Below are positions 45,258 to 57,023 of a DNA stretch of 64,000 bases, in pieces (the stretch's first letter is position 1; each line of letters opens with the position of its first letter). The stretch spans positions 62,001 to 126,000 of the forward strand of contig JAPEUD010000062.1 of the NCBI GenBank assembly GCA_026026165.1, written 5' to 3'. The translations under genes and the position numbers were made by a program. Below the pieces are notes generated by a model. It did not search any database, was not told the origin of the DNA, and was given only the letters and a program-made list of their open reading frames with translations. This stretch comes from Sarea resinae (lineage: Eukaryota).

Positions 45258-45797
45258 AGTCAAGAGTAGAGAGAGGGTTCTAATCTAAGTACTATGATCT
45301 AGACTCTAGACTCTAGGCTCTGGGCTCTAGGCTCTGGGCTCTAGTCTCTAGAGTCTGGGCCTTGCTTAATTGCTTAATTGCATGACTACTCAACTACTCA
45401 ACCGCTCAACCGCACAACTGTCTCAGTGCATGCCTACTTCATTCACACCTCTAATCACCTCCACCTCTCATCACCCCCATCACCCCCATAACCCCTATAA
45501 CCCCTACCACCTCTATAACTAGCCTTCATCACCTCTCAGCTACCTCAGTCAGCCAATTCAATTCAATTCAATTCAATCCAATCCAATCCACTCAACCCCT
45601 CTCTCTCCCCCCTTCTCCCCCCCTTCCCCGCCCCGTGACGGCACTCTCTAGTAGGAATCTTTGAAAAAAGCTTTGACTCGGGGATACAGATGTGATATAG
45701 ATATCCCTCGATCGACCTCTTTCTCTGTTCGCTTGTGTCTTCTCTCTTGTCTCTTGTGTCTCTGGTATTCTTGTACTTGGTCTGTGATCGGTAGTGA

Positions 45798-45833
<36 letters not shown>

Positions 45834-46290
45834 GACCGAGATTTTAGATGGGATGGGATAGGATAGGATGAAAGGTAGGTAGGTAGGTAAGTCGGGCTCC
45901 GTATGCCTTCAAGGAGTCGTCTGTCTGTCTGTAGGACCAGTGCCAAGCCAATCCAAGCCAAGCCAAGCCAAGCCAAGGCAAATCAAATCAACGGTAAAGA
46001 AAAGGACGAGGAAGAGGGAGTAATCGATTGAATGAGAGATTTCCTTTTTTTTATTCTTGCTTTCCAGATTACAAGAGCGTACGCAGCAGCCGTCTGGCTC
46101 TATTTGGAAGTCGAGAAAACATCCTATCCGGCCGGTAGACACCCCGCCTCCCTCCCATCCGTCCTTCGTTCGCCCCATTGATTGCCAGACCAGAAGAAGA
46201 AAAAACAATTCAAGTAGGTGGATTGATAGCTCGGCCACAAGAACCCACCAGCATCGCAATAGGCGCAGCAGTAACAGCGGTGACAGCCAA
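44720..46290. repeat. Microsatellite mosaic: (GGCGTC)n, (GGGATA/GGCATA)n, drifting pentamers, (GAT)n, (CTCTAGG)n, (ATTCA)n, (TAG)n, (GCCAA)n
   Basis: Directly visible in the ATG26-RSC1 convergent gap. Confidence 0.9.
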
Positions 46291-46295
46291 CGTAG

Positions 46296-49200
46296 TTAAT
46301 TACCACCACCACCGCCGCCAAAGAAGTTAGGAAGTCGAGGATCGACGTCATCGAGAAAGACGTCGGGGTCCTTGAGCGAGATATGCTCCCTCTCCCTCAA
46401 CCGACGCGCATTTTCCTCCCTCTCCACCTTCTTGAGTCGAGCCTTCTCCTGCTCTCGCGCCACCCAGGCCCCATTGAGCGCCTTGGCCTCCTCCCACCGC
46501 TCGCCATAGTCGAGCTTGAACTGGTCGTCGATGTTCTTCTGCATCTGCACGAGGAAGAGCTGTATCCGCGCCGCCTGCAGGTCCGCCTGAGCCTGCGAGA
46601 GCTGCTCGTCCGTCATGCGTGGAGTACTCTGGCCGACGGCAGCACCGGGAAAAGATCCAGCCGTGTAGGCTGCCAGACGCCGGCGTTTGATCTCATCCGC
46701 CACACGCTCCGTCTGATCGTCCACGGCGTCTTTGGCGGCTGCCATTTGCGGGTCCTGCGAGCGTTCTTCCTCTCGGAGAGACTGTTCCTCGGCACGACGA
46801 CGCTTCTGTCCCTCGAGCCGCGCGCGCATCCTCCGCCCTTTCTCTGCAAGATAGCCCGGCGAATGGCCCAGAGCCATGCCTTCCTTGACCGGTTTAAGCA
46901 CATCGAGTGGAGGCTTGTCGGAAAAGAGGACGTGCCCATGCTCATCTTGATGGAACTGGTTGCGAATGTCCTCTGGGATCGCTTGGTTTGCCGCATCGCT
47001 GAGATGATACATCTCGACCGGCTTAGGAGGGTTGTATGGATTGCCAGCCGGCACGTTTGTTCGAGAGCCTGACTGGTGGCTATGGCTTTGATGTGCACTC
47101 GACACATGCGCCGGGTGAGAAGATTGCTGAGTCTGCGCTAGAGACGCATGGGAAGCCTGGGGCGTGAATGGTGAGCCTCGAGCGTTGAAGCCGGCTTGAT
47201 AGCTGGTAGGTGCAGGAGAAGCGGATTGGTGCTGAGAATACCGGCGAGGATGATGATCGTATGAGATTGGTGCCTGGCTGCCCTGGCCCTGAGTGGAATT
47301 GACCGCAGCTGGAGTCCCAGCTTCGTCCATGTTCACGTCACCGTCGGCGTCAGTGCGGAATCTGCCAGGAGACTGGTCTGGCATGTTTGACACTTGTCGT
47401 GCGGATTGTGGTGGGGCCTGTGGAGGTGGCGATGGCGTTGGTTCAGGTGGAGGTGATTCCTGAGAGTGTGTGTTAGCAAAAAAGAGGAAGAGCAAGAAAT
47501 ATGCGAAAGCAGGCTGCTCACGTTCGCTTCACGTGGTCTCCTATGCACGGCACCGACGATAGGCGGTGCATTCTCTACACCCCATGTTGGCTCTGGAAGC
47601 TCGTCCGATTCCTTGGCGTTCTCCTTCAACAAGTGCTTGATCGGTGACGGGACCTTTTTCATCTTTCTTGGCGCCTCAAAGAGATCCATCTCATAGTCCT
47701 TCTCCCGAACCTCGTCAGGTAGACAACTTGCCCACGTCTTGATCTTGTTGAGCTTCTTGTTTTCCTCGTTGTAGCGTGCTTCACAGACATAAACCTCCTT
47801 GTCGGGAGGGAAGCCCCGCGGTCGACCCTTGTTGAATCGAGTGAAGAACATCACATAGCACTTGTCTACCAACTCGTCGACATGGTGATCACGGTACTGA
47901 CCTGTTTTGACAACTTCGTTCTCAAAGAAGTGGCGTTCGAAGCGATGAACCGTCTGCTCAGGGCGATAGTACCAGCAGGCATTCACCCACTTCTGGCCCT
48001 CCGCATCCTGCCATGTGCGATATATCTGAGCAACAATAGGCTTTGAGATGTCATTAGGGTTTTGAATATGGACCCAATCCCCTATCGCTCGTCAATATCC
48101 CATGAATTTCGTGTAAGCAGTCATTACTTACCAACTTTCCACAGTTCACCATTATGAAGGATATATTCAAGAGGGAGTCTTCCATCCTCTTGCATAAATT
48201 CGCTGTCAGGCTTCTTCTTCTCTTGCTCAGCCAGTCGACGAGCTTCGAGCTGCTGGAATCAGCATGCTGTGTGCGGTCTTGTATACGACAGTCTTACCTG
48301 GAGCTCAACGGCATCTTTGTAGATCAGACTCTCATCTTCGTTGTACATCTTTGCATTCTCGAACATGATCTCCATGTCTTTCATGAAATGGTCGACGGAC
48401 TGGTACTTCTTTCTTTTCAGTTTTCTCTGGAGTGAAATTCATCATTAGCAATTCTGCGGCATGGCTCATCAAAGAAAGGTGAACATTGTGCCATTGTCAC
48501 TCGTGCTCACCTTGAGGATATCGATAGCTAGGGGTGTTTTGATCTCCTGAAAGTATTCCGGCATAGCGGCCTTATCAGGCAGTTTTTCAAAGTGGCTGAC
48601 CATGAGCTGACCGTCTGAGCTCTTGAGCTTTCGAATGCCCTTCATGATCGATTTGATCCTGGCCTCCATTGGAGTGTCTACTCGTGGGGGTCGACCTCGT
48701 TTCTTCCTCGCGTCGGCATCGGCGGCTTTCTGGGCACCGTCATCTTTGGCTTCGCGCTTTGCACTAGTCGCTCCTGAACGACCACCCCGACGCCGCTTCC
48801 GTCGTGCGCTCTCCTCTTCAGACTCATCCTCATCCTCCTCATCATCTTCGTCCTCGTCCTCTTCGTCTTCGTCAGGTGCTCGAGGAGTGGCTGGTGGGAT
48901 GTCACCGAGGTCTGGAAGAGAAGCGGCTTCTTCAGTCAAGATCCCTTGATCCACCATCTTCTTGAGCTCTGCCTCGATTGCGCCCTGGAATTTCGATCAA
49001 GATCAGCACACGACGGTCAAACAGCATCGGGCGAACCGCACCTTGATGATAAGAGCATCCTGGTAGACCAAAGCTTCAGGGCGATTGTACAGTTGCGCAT
49101 TGTGGGGTATCTAGCGCGGTGTTAATGTGACGCGTTAGGACGTGGGCAATCGGATGAGCATTCTACTGACCAGAGCGAAATCCCTCACAAAATCAGCGAT

Positions 49201-49609
49201 GTTCTTGTACTGCTTGAAATTAATCTTCGCCTGTTTCAGCTGTCAATACGCATCCAAAATCCAAGACTCTTCTCACGGCGTCTGTTACCTTGATGGTGCT
49301 CAAGGCCATGGGCTCCTGGATGACATCGTAATAGTCTGGTGTTATGCGCTTGTTGACCTTCCTCTGGAAATGCTTCGAGGGATCATGTTCGCCGCTGGGA
49401 TCAATGTCAGCAAGCCGGCCGGATATCTTCCACGAGACTGGTCGAGTAACTTACTTTTCCGTGCGAAACTCATAGATGGCATTTAGCATGGTCTGCATAG
49501 CCTGCCATTGCTCATCCGTCACATTGGAGTCTTGTACCTTGGCAGCTGCACCCTCTGTCTCCTCTGGCGCAGGAGTCGGACTCCCGGCGTTGGCTGGCCC
49601 TGGAGTCAT
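46296..49609 (-). CDS. RSC1: RSC chromatin-remodelling subunit Rsc1/Rsc2 (two bromodomains + BAH)
   Basis: Bromodomain 1 (FQRKVNKRITPDYYDVIQEPMALSTIK...HNAQLYNR), AT-hook RKKRGRPPR, bromodomain 2 (FEKLPDKAAMPEYFQEIKTPLAIDI...MFENAKMYN), BAH (NACWYYRPEQTVHR...FFENEVVKTGQY...VYVCEARYNE). Confidence 0.9.
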
Positions 49610-50441
49610 GATTGGACCCGATCGACGCGCCCGTCTGAGGAGAACCGGAGCGTGAAGTCTCGCGCAAGTGGATAGGAATATCGAGACTTCAGATCTCAAT
49701 TGACCTGAGCGGTCGTGCGCAACAGTGAGAGGGGGGGGGGCATGAAATGAGGAAGGATGGTCTTGTTCTCGAGGTTCAAACAGTACAGAGAAGTAGTAGT
49801 CCTGAGCTTCGCGATGCGAATCTGTGATGAGAGCTAGAGCAGACCGAGCGAGGCACATCAAGGCAAGCAGGCAAGCAGGCAAGCATCGAGGTATCTGTGA
49901 CAGGTAGGTTCCCAGTACTTGTCCCTCACGCGAGATCGCCGGCGGATCGAAGTAGTCACTACGAACGCGTACAGAGTCTTGGCAGGTCTCTTCTCGCACG
50001 ACACCTGGGCAAGCTTCAGTACTCATACTCCGGAGTATACAGTGGAGTGGCATCTTTACAGGACTGTCCCTCATCTCTGCCGCATGCCCTACTGAAGAAA
50101 TCATATAGCACCGCCTGAAGACTGTAATAACGAGAATTGCCCGTGGTTCTTTCCGTTCCAGCACAACGAGAGACGAACAGGAGGCCAGCAGATAGCGCCA
50201 TGACCCTGGTAGCGAGCACTGGGCAGCTCCCCCCTCGACCCCCGCCGGCTGCCATCTTCGGTCGTCATGGGTGAACCATTAGTACTCGTGCCTCCAGTGC
50301 GCAACCTACTCTGTAAATTGTTGGCCTGTCGACTCAAAAGCGTCCTCCCCACCTGTATAGAAGTTCTCCTGATCTCCCGACTGTCCATAGAGTGAGTAGT
50401 GTCTAGCTGGATACTCAGAAGAACCCCCCCGTGCATACAAT

Positions 50442-51509
50442 ATGCGGTTACGGCTGCGGGATCCCACAGGGTCTTCCACATTGTCTCTCGCCGAGTCCGC
50501 AACCGTGGCGGAGCTCCACAACCAGATCACATCCAAGACGTCAATACCGTCGTTCGACCTCAAGTATGGTTATCCTCCGAAACCCCTCTTGCTTGAGGAC
50601 TACGGCCCCGCCACGCGATTATCTGATCTACAAGTGAAGCTCGACGGAGAGCAACTCATCGTGAGCGCTCGTGGAGATGCAGCAACCCCACGTCCGTCGC
50701 AAGCACAACAACAGCCGGCCAAGTCCTCATCAACTTCATCATTCTCCTTCGCTGGCGCCCCCGCTGGAGAATCAATAGCGCCATCCTCCTCGTCGTCGTC
50801 GTCGGCGACCAGACCACTCTCCCTCTCGCGCAAGCAAACTCCATCCCTCGAATCCGATCCTCCGGAGCTCCCAGTCCCTACCCATGGCGGTACCCTAACA
50901 CTTCGAATAATGCCCGACGACAACTCCTGCATGTTCCGCGCCTTCGGCAGCGCCATGCTCGGCTCCCTAGACAGCATGCACGAGCTCCGGTCTCTGATCG
51001 CACAGACGATCCAAGAGCAGCCGGATGTCTACACGCGCGCGATCCTCGAACAAGCCCCCGACGACTACTGCGCCTGGATCCAGACGCCGGATGCCTGGGG
51101 CGGCGGCATCGAGCTCAGCATCCTGAGCGCCCACTTCGACATCGAGATATGCAGCATCGACGTCCAGACGCTGCGCGTCGACCGCTTCAACGAGGGGAGA
51201 CCGACCCGCTGCATCCTCGTGTACTCGGGCATCCACTACGACACCATTGCGCTGTCGCCCTCGGATCCGCCCTACTCGCACGCTTACGCGCCGCCGGAAT
51301 TCGACACCAAGGTCTTCGATGCCGCCGACCAGATCATCCTCGACCAGGCCGTGGAGGTCTGCAGAGTGCTGCAGGGACGGCACTACTTTACGGACACGGC
51401 AGCCTTCACGATCAAATGCAACACGTGTGGCGGGCAATTCAAAGGAGAGAAGGGCGCCACGGAGCATGCGAAGCAGACGGGTCACTACGATTTCGGAGAG
51501 GCCGAGTAG
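50442..51509 (+). CDS. OTU1: Ubiquitin thioesterase Otu1/YOD1 (UBX-like, OTU, C2H2 finger), intronless
   Basis: MRLRLR...LKYGYPPKPL UBL; catalytic MPDDNSCMF; WGGGIEL; YSGIHYD; C-terminal C..C...HAKQTGH zinc finger. Confidence 0.93.
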   Translation: MRLRLRDPTGSSTLSLAESATVAELHNQITSKTSIPSFDLKYGYPPKPLLLEDYGPATRLSDLQVKLDGEQLIVSARGDAATPRPSQAQQQPAKSSSTSSFSFAGAPAGESIAPSSSSSSSATRPLSLSRKQTPSLESDPPELPVPTHGGTLTLRIMPDDNSCMFRAFGSAMLGSLDSMHELRSLIAQTIQEQPDVYTRAILEQAPDDYCAWIQTPDAWGGGIELSILSAHFDIEICSIDVQTLRVDRFNEGRPTRCILVYSGIHYDTIALSPSDPPYSHAYAPPEFDTKVFDAADQIILDQAVEVCRVLQGRHYFTDTAAFTIKCNTCGGQFKGEKGATEHAKQTGHYDFGEAE

Positions 51510-51843
51510 AGAGAAATTATCTCTAGGTTATAGAGATATCGAGCGACCGAACCACACCAGCAGGATGTTTCAGGATAGGACACATAGCGGGATTCGCTGT
51601 CGGCCAGGCCTCAATAAACATATGAGATATTTCTCTTCATCTTCCATACCGAAAACCTACTGAGTAGACAGTCTACCTGCCTTCCAATTATTATTGTCCT
51701 CTGCCTACCTTAAGTCGGGCAGTATACGCAAATGACGTACGTCCTCGCAATTCAACATCAAGGTACCTTGTAGCGACGGGAGGTAAGGTATGTGTAAAGT
51801 ACCTAGCTGGAGAGTCACCCACCAACAGAGGTGTGGTCCCGAA

Positions 51844-51875
51844 TATAAACCAAGTGCTTGCGCTAGTTCAGTTGG
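51844..51875 (+). promoter_or_regulatory. TATA box (TATAAA) and A-box-like TAGTTCAGTTGG upstream of/overlapping U5 5' end
   Basis: TATAAA at 51844-51849. TAGTTCAGTTGG at 51864-51875 matches the tRNA A-box consensus TRGYNNARYNGG. Confidence 0.55.
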
Positions 51876-52006
51876 AGTGGCTCGGATATCATAAGAACTC
51901 GCCTCTTGCCTTTTACCAGAAGCGACCTGAATCCGGCCGAAGTACTCCACTATTACAAATCTTTGGAACCCACATTATTCTTACCTTATATGGTAATAAT
52001 ATTTTT
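51872..52006 (+). ncRNA. U5 spliceosomal snRNA
   Basis: Invariant loop 1 GCCTTTTAC (51908-51916) closed by TCGCCTCT/AGAAGCGA. Outer stems CGGAT/ATCCG and TGGAGT/ACTCCA. Sm-like site AATCTTTGG (51958-51966). 3' hairpin ATTATT..TTACC/GGTAA.TAAT. Ends are approximate. Confidence 0.88.
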
Positions 52007-52027
52007 GGATGGGCGAGAGGCGTGTTC

Positions 52028-52065
52028 GTTCGATCCACGAACTTCTCTTTATTTCTTTTTTTTTT
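52028..52065 (+). promoter_or_regulatory. B-box-like GTTCGATCC followed by T10 (Pol III-type terminator)
   Basis: GTTCGATCC at 52028-52036 lies in the hairpin GTTCGT/ACGAAC. The T10 run is at 52056-52065. Confidence 0.5.
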
Positions 52066-52652
52066 ATTGTTTTGTCTGCACAGGACAAACATACTTCTAG
52101 AGGAGGAGGGGTTCTCAATGGTTAATGTGGCTTGCCAAGTGTTGAAGGCTTCCTTCTCCCGAGGGCACGTCGACGGTTTTGTGACCAAGTGCGAGATATA
52201 CCACCACTACCACCACCGCCGAGTAGACAAGACACAGGAGATACAAAAATGATCTACGGGTTTTAGAGCCGCGGCCGCGTCTAGTTTGAGCGTCAACGCC
52301 AACTGAACGTGAACTATAGAGTATCTTTTGTTTCCTTCGCAAAGCTACGTATGCTACACGTATGTGAAATAATAAAGGTAAAGAACAAAAAAAGAGGAAT
52401 GAATATGCTGAAATATGTTTGAGATAGATGAACAGCAGAAATGGAAACAGATGGTCGGGCATGTATGCGTTGCTGTGTTTCGCTGCACTGTGCTGTGCTT
52501 TGCGTCCGTGAATCGTAGCTCATTGAAAACGTATGCCGATAACACCAAAGGTCATATACAAGAAAAACCGCAAAAGGGGCGTCCAAGCCCTCTGCTCGCA
52601 GGTTCTAAGGTGAATTACCCTCAGCTGTTCGAGACCACTGCGCTGATGGCTA

Positions 52653-53589
52653 CTAGTTCAGCATTCCCCAATGCTGCTCGGCATCGAAAGCTCCCGGCTG
52701 CTTCCAGTCGTCATCAAAGGCGTTGAACAGCACGAGACTGGACGAGAAGTTCTCCCTCAGCGAATCGATAGCTGCCTGCTGGTTCTCAACGGACGGGATT
52801 GCGGCTCCGTTTGTCTGTCCTTCCTTCGGCCATCCGCTCTCCGTAATGACGGTATGCTTACGATTGCAGGCCAAGCTGACCTGCTGCGCCTGGCTGAGGA
52901 CATACGCGCCGGCCTCGGAAGCAGAGACATCCGACGCAAAGAAGGCGTGGCAGTTCGCGGCCGCGTAATCTGACGCGAGACAGAGCTCGGGGTTGTTGAT
53001 GAGCGCGTCGAAGGTGTCGACTGTGACGACGGGACCGGCGTAGCCTGCTGCGCGTAGGATGGCACGGGCCGTGTTGACGGCATTGACGACATCCGCGGAG
53101 CTAGCGGTGCCAGCATTTACAAGTTCGTTTCCGATGCCAATCGTGTCAACGGTGCTCCACGAGCCCGAGCAGGCGGAGATGATGGTATTGAGTTCCGACT
53201 CAAGCTGAGTGATGTCGTAGACGCCGGTGAAGAGCTTCATGTCTTTGGCTTGGCTTGCAGCGAGCACGTTCGATACTTGGTCACAATCTGTGCCATAGAT
53301 ACGGACAGAGCTGTAGCCCGTTATTTGCTCAAAGTCAGCCGTGACCTGGTCTTGAGATTTGCAGCTCCCGTCAGAGTTGTAAGGCGAGTAAGTGATGCCG
53401 TAGCCGGATTGCATCTCGGCGCCAGTTGCACTGCGGGGTTGATGATGGTGGTGGTGATGCTCTGCGCGTGCTTGTAAGAGATTGCTTCCAGCCAAGGAGA
53501 TATATTTGACCCTGCTTACTGTGGGGCTGCGCTGCGGCCATCTGCAATAAGCCAAGAATGCCCATAGCGGCGAAGAGACCAGTCTTCAT
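52653..53589 (-). CDS. Secreted GH17 beta-1,3-glucanase/glucanosyltransferase (Scw4/Scw11/BtgE-like), 2 exons
   Basis: Signal peptide MKTGLFAAMGILGLLQMAAAQP, GITYSPYNSDGSCKS...VRIYGTDCDQ, acid/base IGIGNELVN, AANCHAFF, nucleophile VITESGWP. No GPI tail. Confidence 0.88.
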
Positions 53590-55284
53590 GTTGATGATTC
53601 GGAGGAAGCTCTACACGTCTTCTAATGGGACGATGAGATGAATGAGTGACTGTTCCCGGCCAGCGGTACTCGAATGAACGAGCGGCTGGGATGCAAGAGC
53701 TAGATCCTGGTCCAGGTCGAGGTGCCGAAAATGAGGGCGGTCTCTGGTAGAAGTAGGAAAACAAATACGTGGCAATCCGGACTTGAGAGTCACGGTTAAA
53801 GTACACCTTTGTTGACCGGCAGTTGCGCGTCGCAACGATAGTGTGGGTTGCTAGTGAGATGGCAGGTATGTGGACGAGAAACGAAGGTGGATGTCAGATC
53901 TTTCTAGTAAAGGAATGTTTGAAAGTAGGTGACGGAGATGAAAAGAGCGTGAATAGACAGCGGGAAGCTGGGGGGTTTCGGGTGAGGTGAGGGGCGCGTT
54001 GTTGTTTTTATAAGGAATGAACCGAAAGCCTGTCCGAAGATGGCGAATCAAAAGTAAACAGCCAGAAGAGGAAGCCACATTCTGACAATTTCAAATGAAC
54101 TCCACATGCCGCATCGTCCCAGGGATTAAGCCTCTTACCACGGTGAAGTCAAAATCCTCATCATAACGATATGCGTCGTTGGGTCAAATGCTTCCCTGTT
54201 ATCCACTCTGGCGCAGAGGCACGGGGTGTGGAGAGAGGTAAGTCAGTGAAGTCAGTGAAGTCAGTGAATCATGAAGAGTGCGTGACTTGGCTTGCTGCCA
54301 TTCGTGCTCGAGGGGCCCAAGACCAGCATGAGGGTCGATGGTGGTACAACATGAAGAAAGAAGGATCCATTGCATCTGCATCTGCATCTGCATCCACGGA
54401 CCGCGCATACCTAGTCGGACTAGGCTCCGTACACGTTTCCCCTTGGTGCTTCTGTGGCTTTTCGCTCGCACGTCGCCCAATCATGATGATGAAGGCCATG
54501 AGGAAACCAATCAAGAAGATCATGTATGAAGATCTTCAGACGGACCGGCAAGAGCACGACATGCAAGCGATTAAAGATACCTGGGTGGTAAGGCAGGCGG
54601 CCATCCAGCCGGGATCTAGACCTAGGGGTACAAGATCATGGACGTCTGGATATCACCCCCGAAAGTAAAGAATACTCTGCAGCAGTCCAGTTGTTGCTAC
54701 TCACCGCTCCTTGCGTCACTGGAGGAAGACGAAAGAAAAGGTCAAGGAGAGGACTGAAGAAAGAATCAACATCAGGGAGGTGCGCGGTGGACTGTGTCCT
54801 GCTGTCCTGCCCAGCATACTCCCAGCGTGGCTGCCGTCTCCGCCTCTCTGTTCTCGTGTGAGAGAGGGGCGCAATTGAGCCGAGATATCGATGAGATCGA
54901 AGCCAGCTGGCCACGTCGGCAGGCTTAGGTTGTCAGGGACCGGCCCAACTACATATTAGATAGATAACCGACCACCTCCAGCTCAGTCGCATCCACTGAA
55001 AAGGTCGGTACCTCGTACGTTGTGCGGGAAAAGCATCGCTGCATTAAATCTACTCTGCATCACGGCAACGAGGATGCATGGATGGATCAATTGATTGATG
55101 GCATTTACTTCAGGTGCATGAGTTGCATCAGCTGCTTCCGTACTTCGCACAGGACGTCCGAGACTGCATCCTTATTAAACATTAATTTCGTATTTACCGA
55201 TGCCCGCCCCGCAACCAATTCTACGTCTTATCCCAAGGCTCTACCCAATATACAAACGAGCATGCCATAGGCAAGAAACTTTTC

Positions 55285-57023
55285 TTACTTCCGCTTGCTT
55301 ACGACTTTCGTGATTGCATGTCTGATGATAACGCCTGCCTTCTCTATCTCCTTCCGAGAGAGCCCGATGGTGACACAGACTTTGAGGGCGGGCTCGGGTT
55401 GCCAACCCTGCTCCTGAGGGGAAGCATTCAGAGCCGGAGGCATGCTCTTGAGGCGAGTGATAAGGACGCCGTTGGCGAGAGTCTGCCGCGAGATTTAGTT
55501 AAGCCTCGAAGCGGGACACGATTGACAATTTTACCTCGTCGACGATATCCTGCAGCAGGAATTCCTGATCCTGGGTACTAAGCCTTTTGGATGCCACAGT
55601 CTCTGGCTTTAACACCAGTAGCAGGATAGGATTCTCAGCAGAGCTGATGCAGTGAACCCAATCGCTTCTGGGATCTAGCTGTGCTCTCAGAGCTTTGATG
55701 TTCTCTCGCAGCTGGACCAAGAGATCTGGATTTGTTTGCAAGAGGTTTACCGTCTCGCTAGCCGTCGTTGCAAGCATAGCGGGGAGAGCGGCCGAATAAG
55801 TGTATGCGGAGGCTGAAATGCGCTGATGTTCCACAATCTCCTCGCTACCAGCGCAGAACCCTCCTCCAGCACAGAGCGGCCCTGCTAGAGATCCAACAAC
55901 CATGTCAACCTCTGTTGCGTCAACGTTTTGTTGCTCCGTGACTCCTCGTCCAGTCCTCCCTAAAACGCCGAACGACCAGGTTTCGTCCAAGATTAGTCGG
56001 AACTTGTATCGCAATTTGAGTTCGATCTACCAGAGGACCTGTAAGTAAGCCATATATTTGAGGTCTGCGGGATCATACAATCTTCGGCAAATTGACAGTA
56101 TCTCCAACATTCTCGAACAAACCCTCTGTGACTATGAATCTTCTTGTCAATGGTTTCTTGGCTTGCTCCTTGGTGACTTTCTCAAGCACCCTCTGCAAGT
56201 CCTCCATGTCATTATGCTCGTACCATCTTACCATACTTCGAGAGATTTGGAGGCCCTTACGGACAGCATAGTTGACAGCTTTATCAGCGACGATGATATC
56301 CCCTCTCTTCGAGAAGGCAGGAATAACACTAGAGATGGTCGAAAAGGCTTGAGCGTAGACGATGCACGCCGGAGATCCTAGATGCGCGGCAATGTCCGCT
56401 TCCACCTTCATGTGAACATCCTGAGTACCGTAGAAGCCTGGAGGACCGCAAGGTCCCACGCCATAGGTCCGAAGTGTTTGGATCGCCTTCTCCTTCACAG
56501 TCTCATTCGCAACAAAGTTGTAAAAGTTATATGACGCAAGATTTGTAACTGTTCGTCCATTTGAGAGTTTAGATTTCGGTCCGGTTGGCCTGCAAAGTCG
56601 TCAATGCCAGAAAGTCAGTCAGATGTCTTGGCCACGAACCCTACGATGACAGGCCGCTTTTCATTCTCGGCCTCTTCAAGAGCGCTCTGTGGGGCCACTA
56701 AGGGATCAGGAGTCCAGTCTTCCACGAGGTCATCAATTTCCTTTCTTGGAGTTAGCATGTCGAACTTCGAGGAGACGCCAGCCCTTACGCACCTCATCAG
56801 ACAACGGAACGTAATTGTGCTTCTGTGTCGAGTATTTCGAGGAGAGTAGATATTGGACGGCGAAGAGGAAAAGAAAGAACTCGACGGCAGATCGGACAGG
56901 GTCATTTTGGTAGCTCGACTTCACGTATCGCAGGAAGATGGCAGAGCCAGGGACGCGTTGAAATTGAGCTGACAGGTCACCTAAGAACTCCTGAAGCTGG
57001 CGGTTGGCATCTTGCAGGTCCAT
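55285..57023 (-). CDS. LCB1: Serine palmitoyltransferase subunit 1
   Basis: RYVKSSYQNDPVRS...TM, EIDDLVEDWTPDPLV, NLASYNFY, YGVGPCGPPGFYGTQDVH, IPAFSKRGD, YEHNDMEDL, LILDETWSFGVLG.TGRG, GSLAGPLCAGGGFC, YSAALPA. Spliced stop TAA at 55285. Confidence 0.94.

Noticed and set aside
45469..45530. TAACCC-containing repeats suggesting interstitial telomere or telomerase template
   Set aside because: The units are 9-mers within a drifting microsatellite, not (TTAGGG)n.
49783..49795. GTACAGAGAAG resembling the U6 ACAGAGA box
   Set aside because: Not followed by the conserved ATTAGCATGGCCCC sequence, and no other U6 features.
49610..50164. 185-codon in-frame open stretch upstream of the RSC1 ATG
   Set aside because: The composition is not protein-like and it overlaps the GTAC-rich divergent promoter, so it is most likely chance.
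51855..52045. Possible tRNA or tRNA-like shell around U5 (A box ... TTCGATC loop)
   Set aside because: No acceptor stem or D-stem pairing could be built, so it is treated as promoter boxes only.
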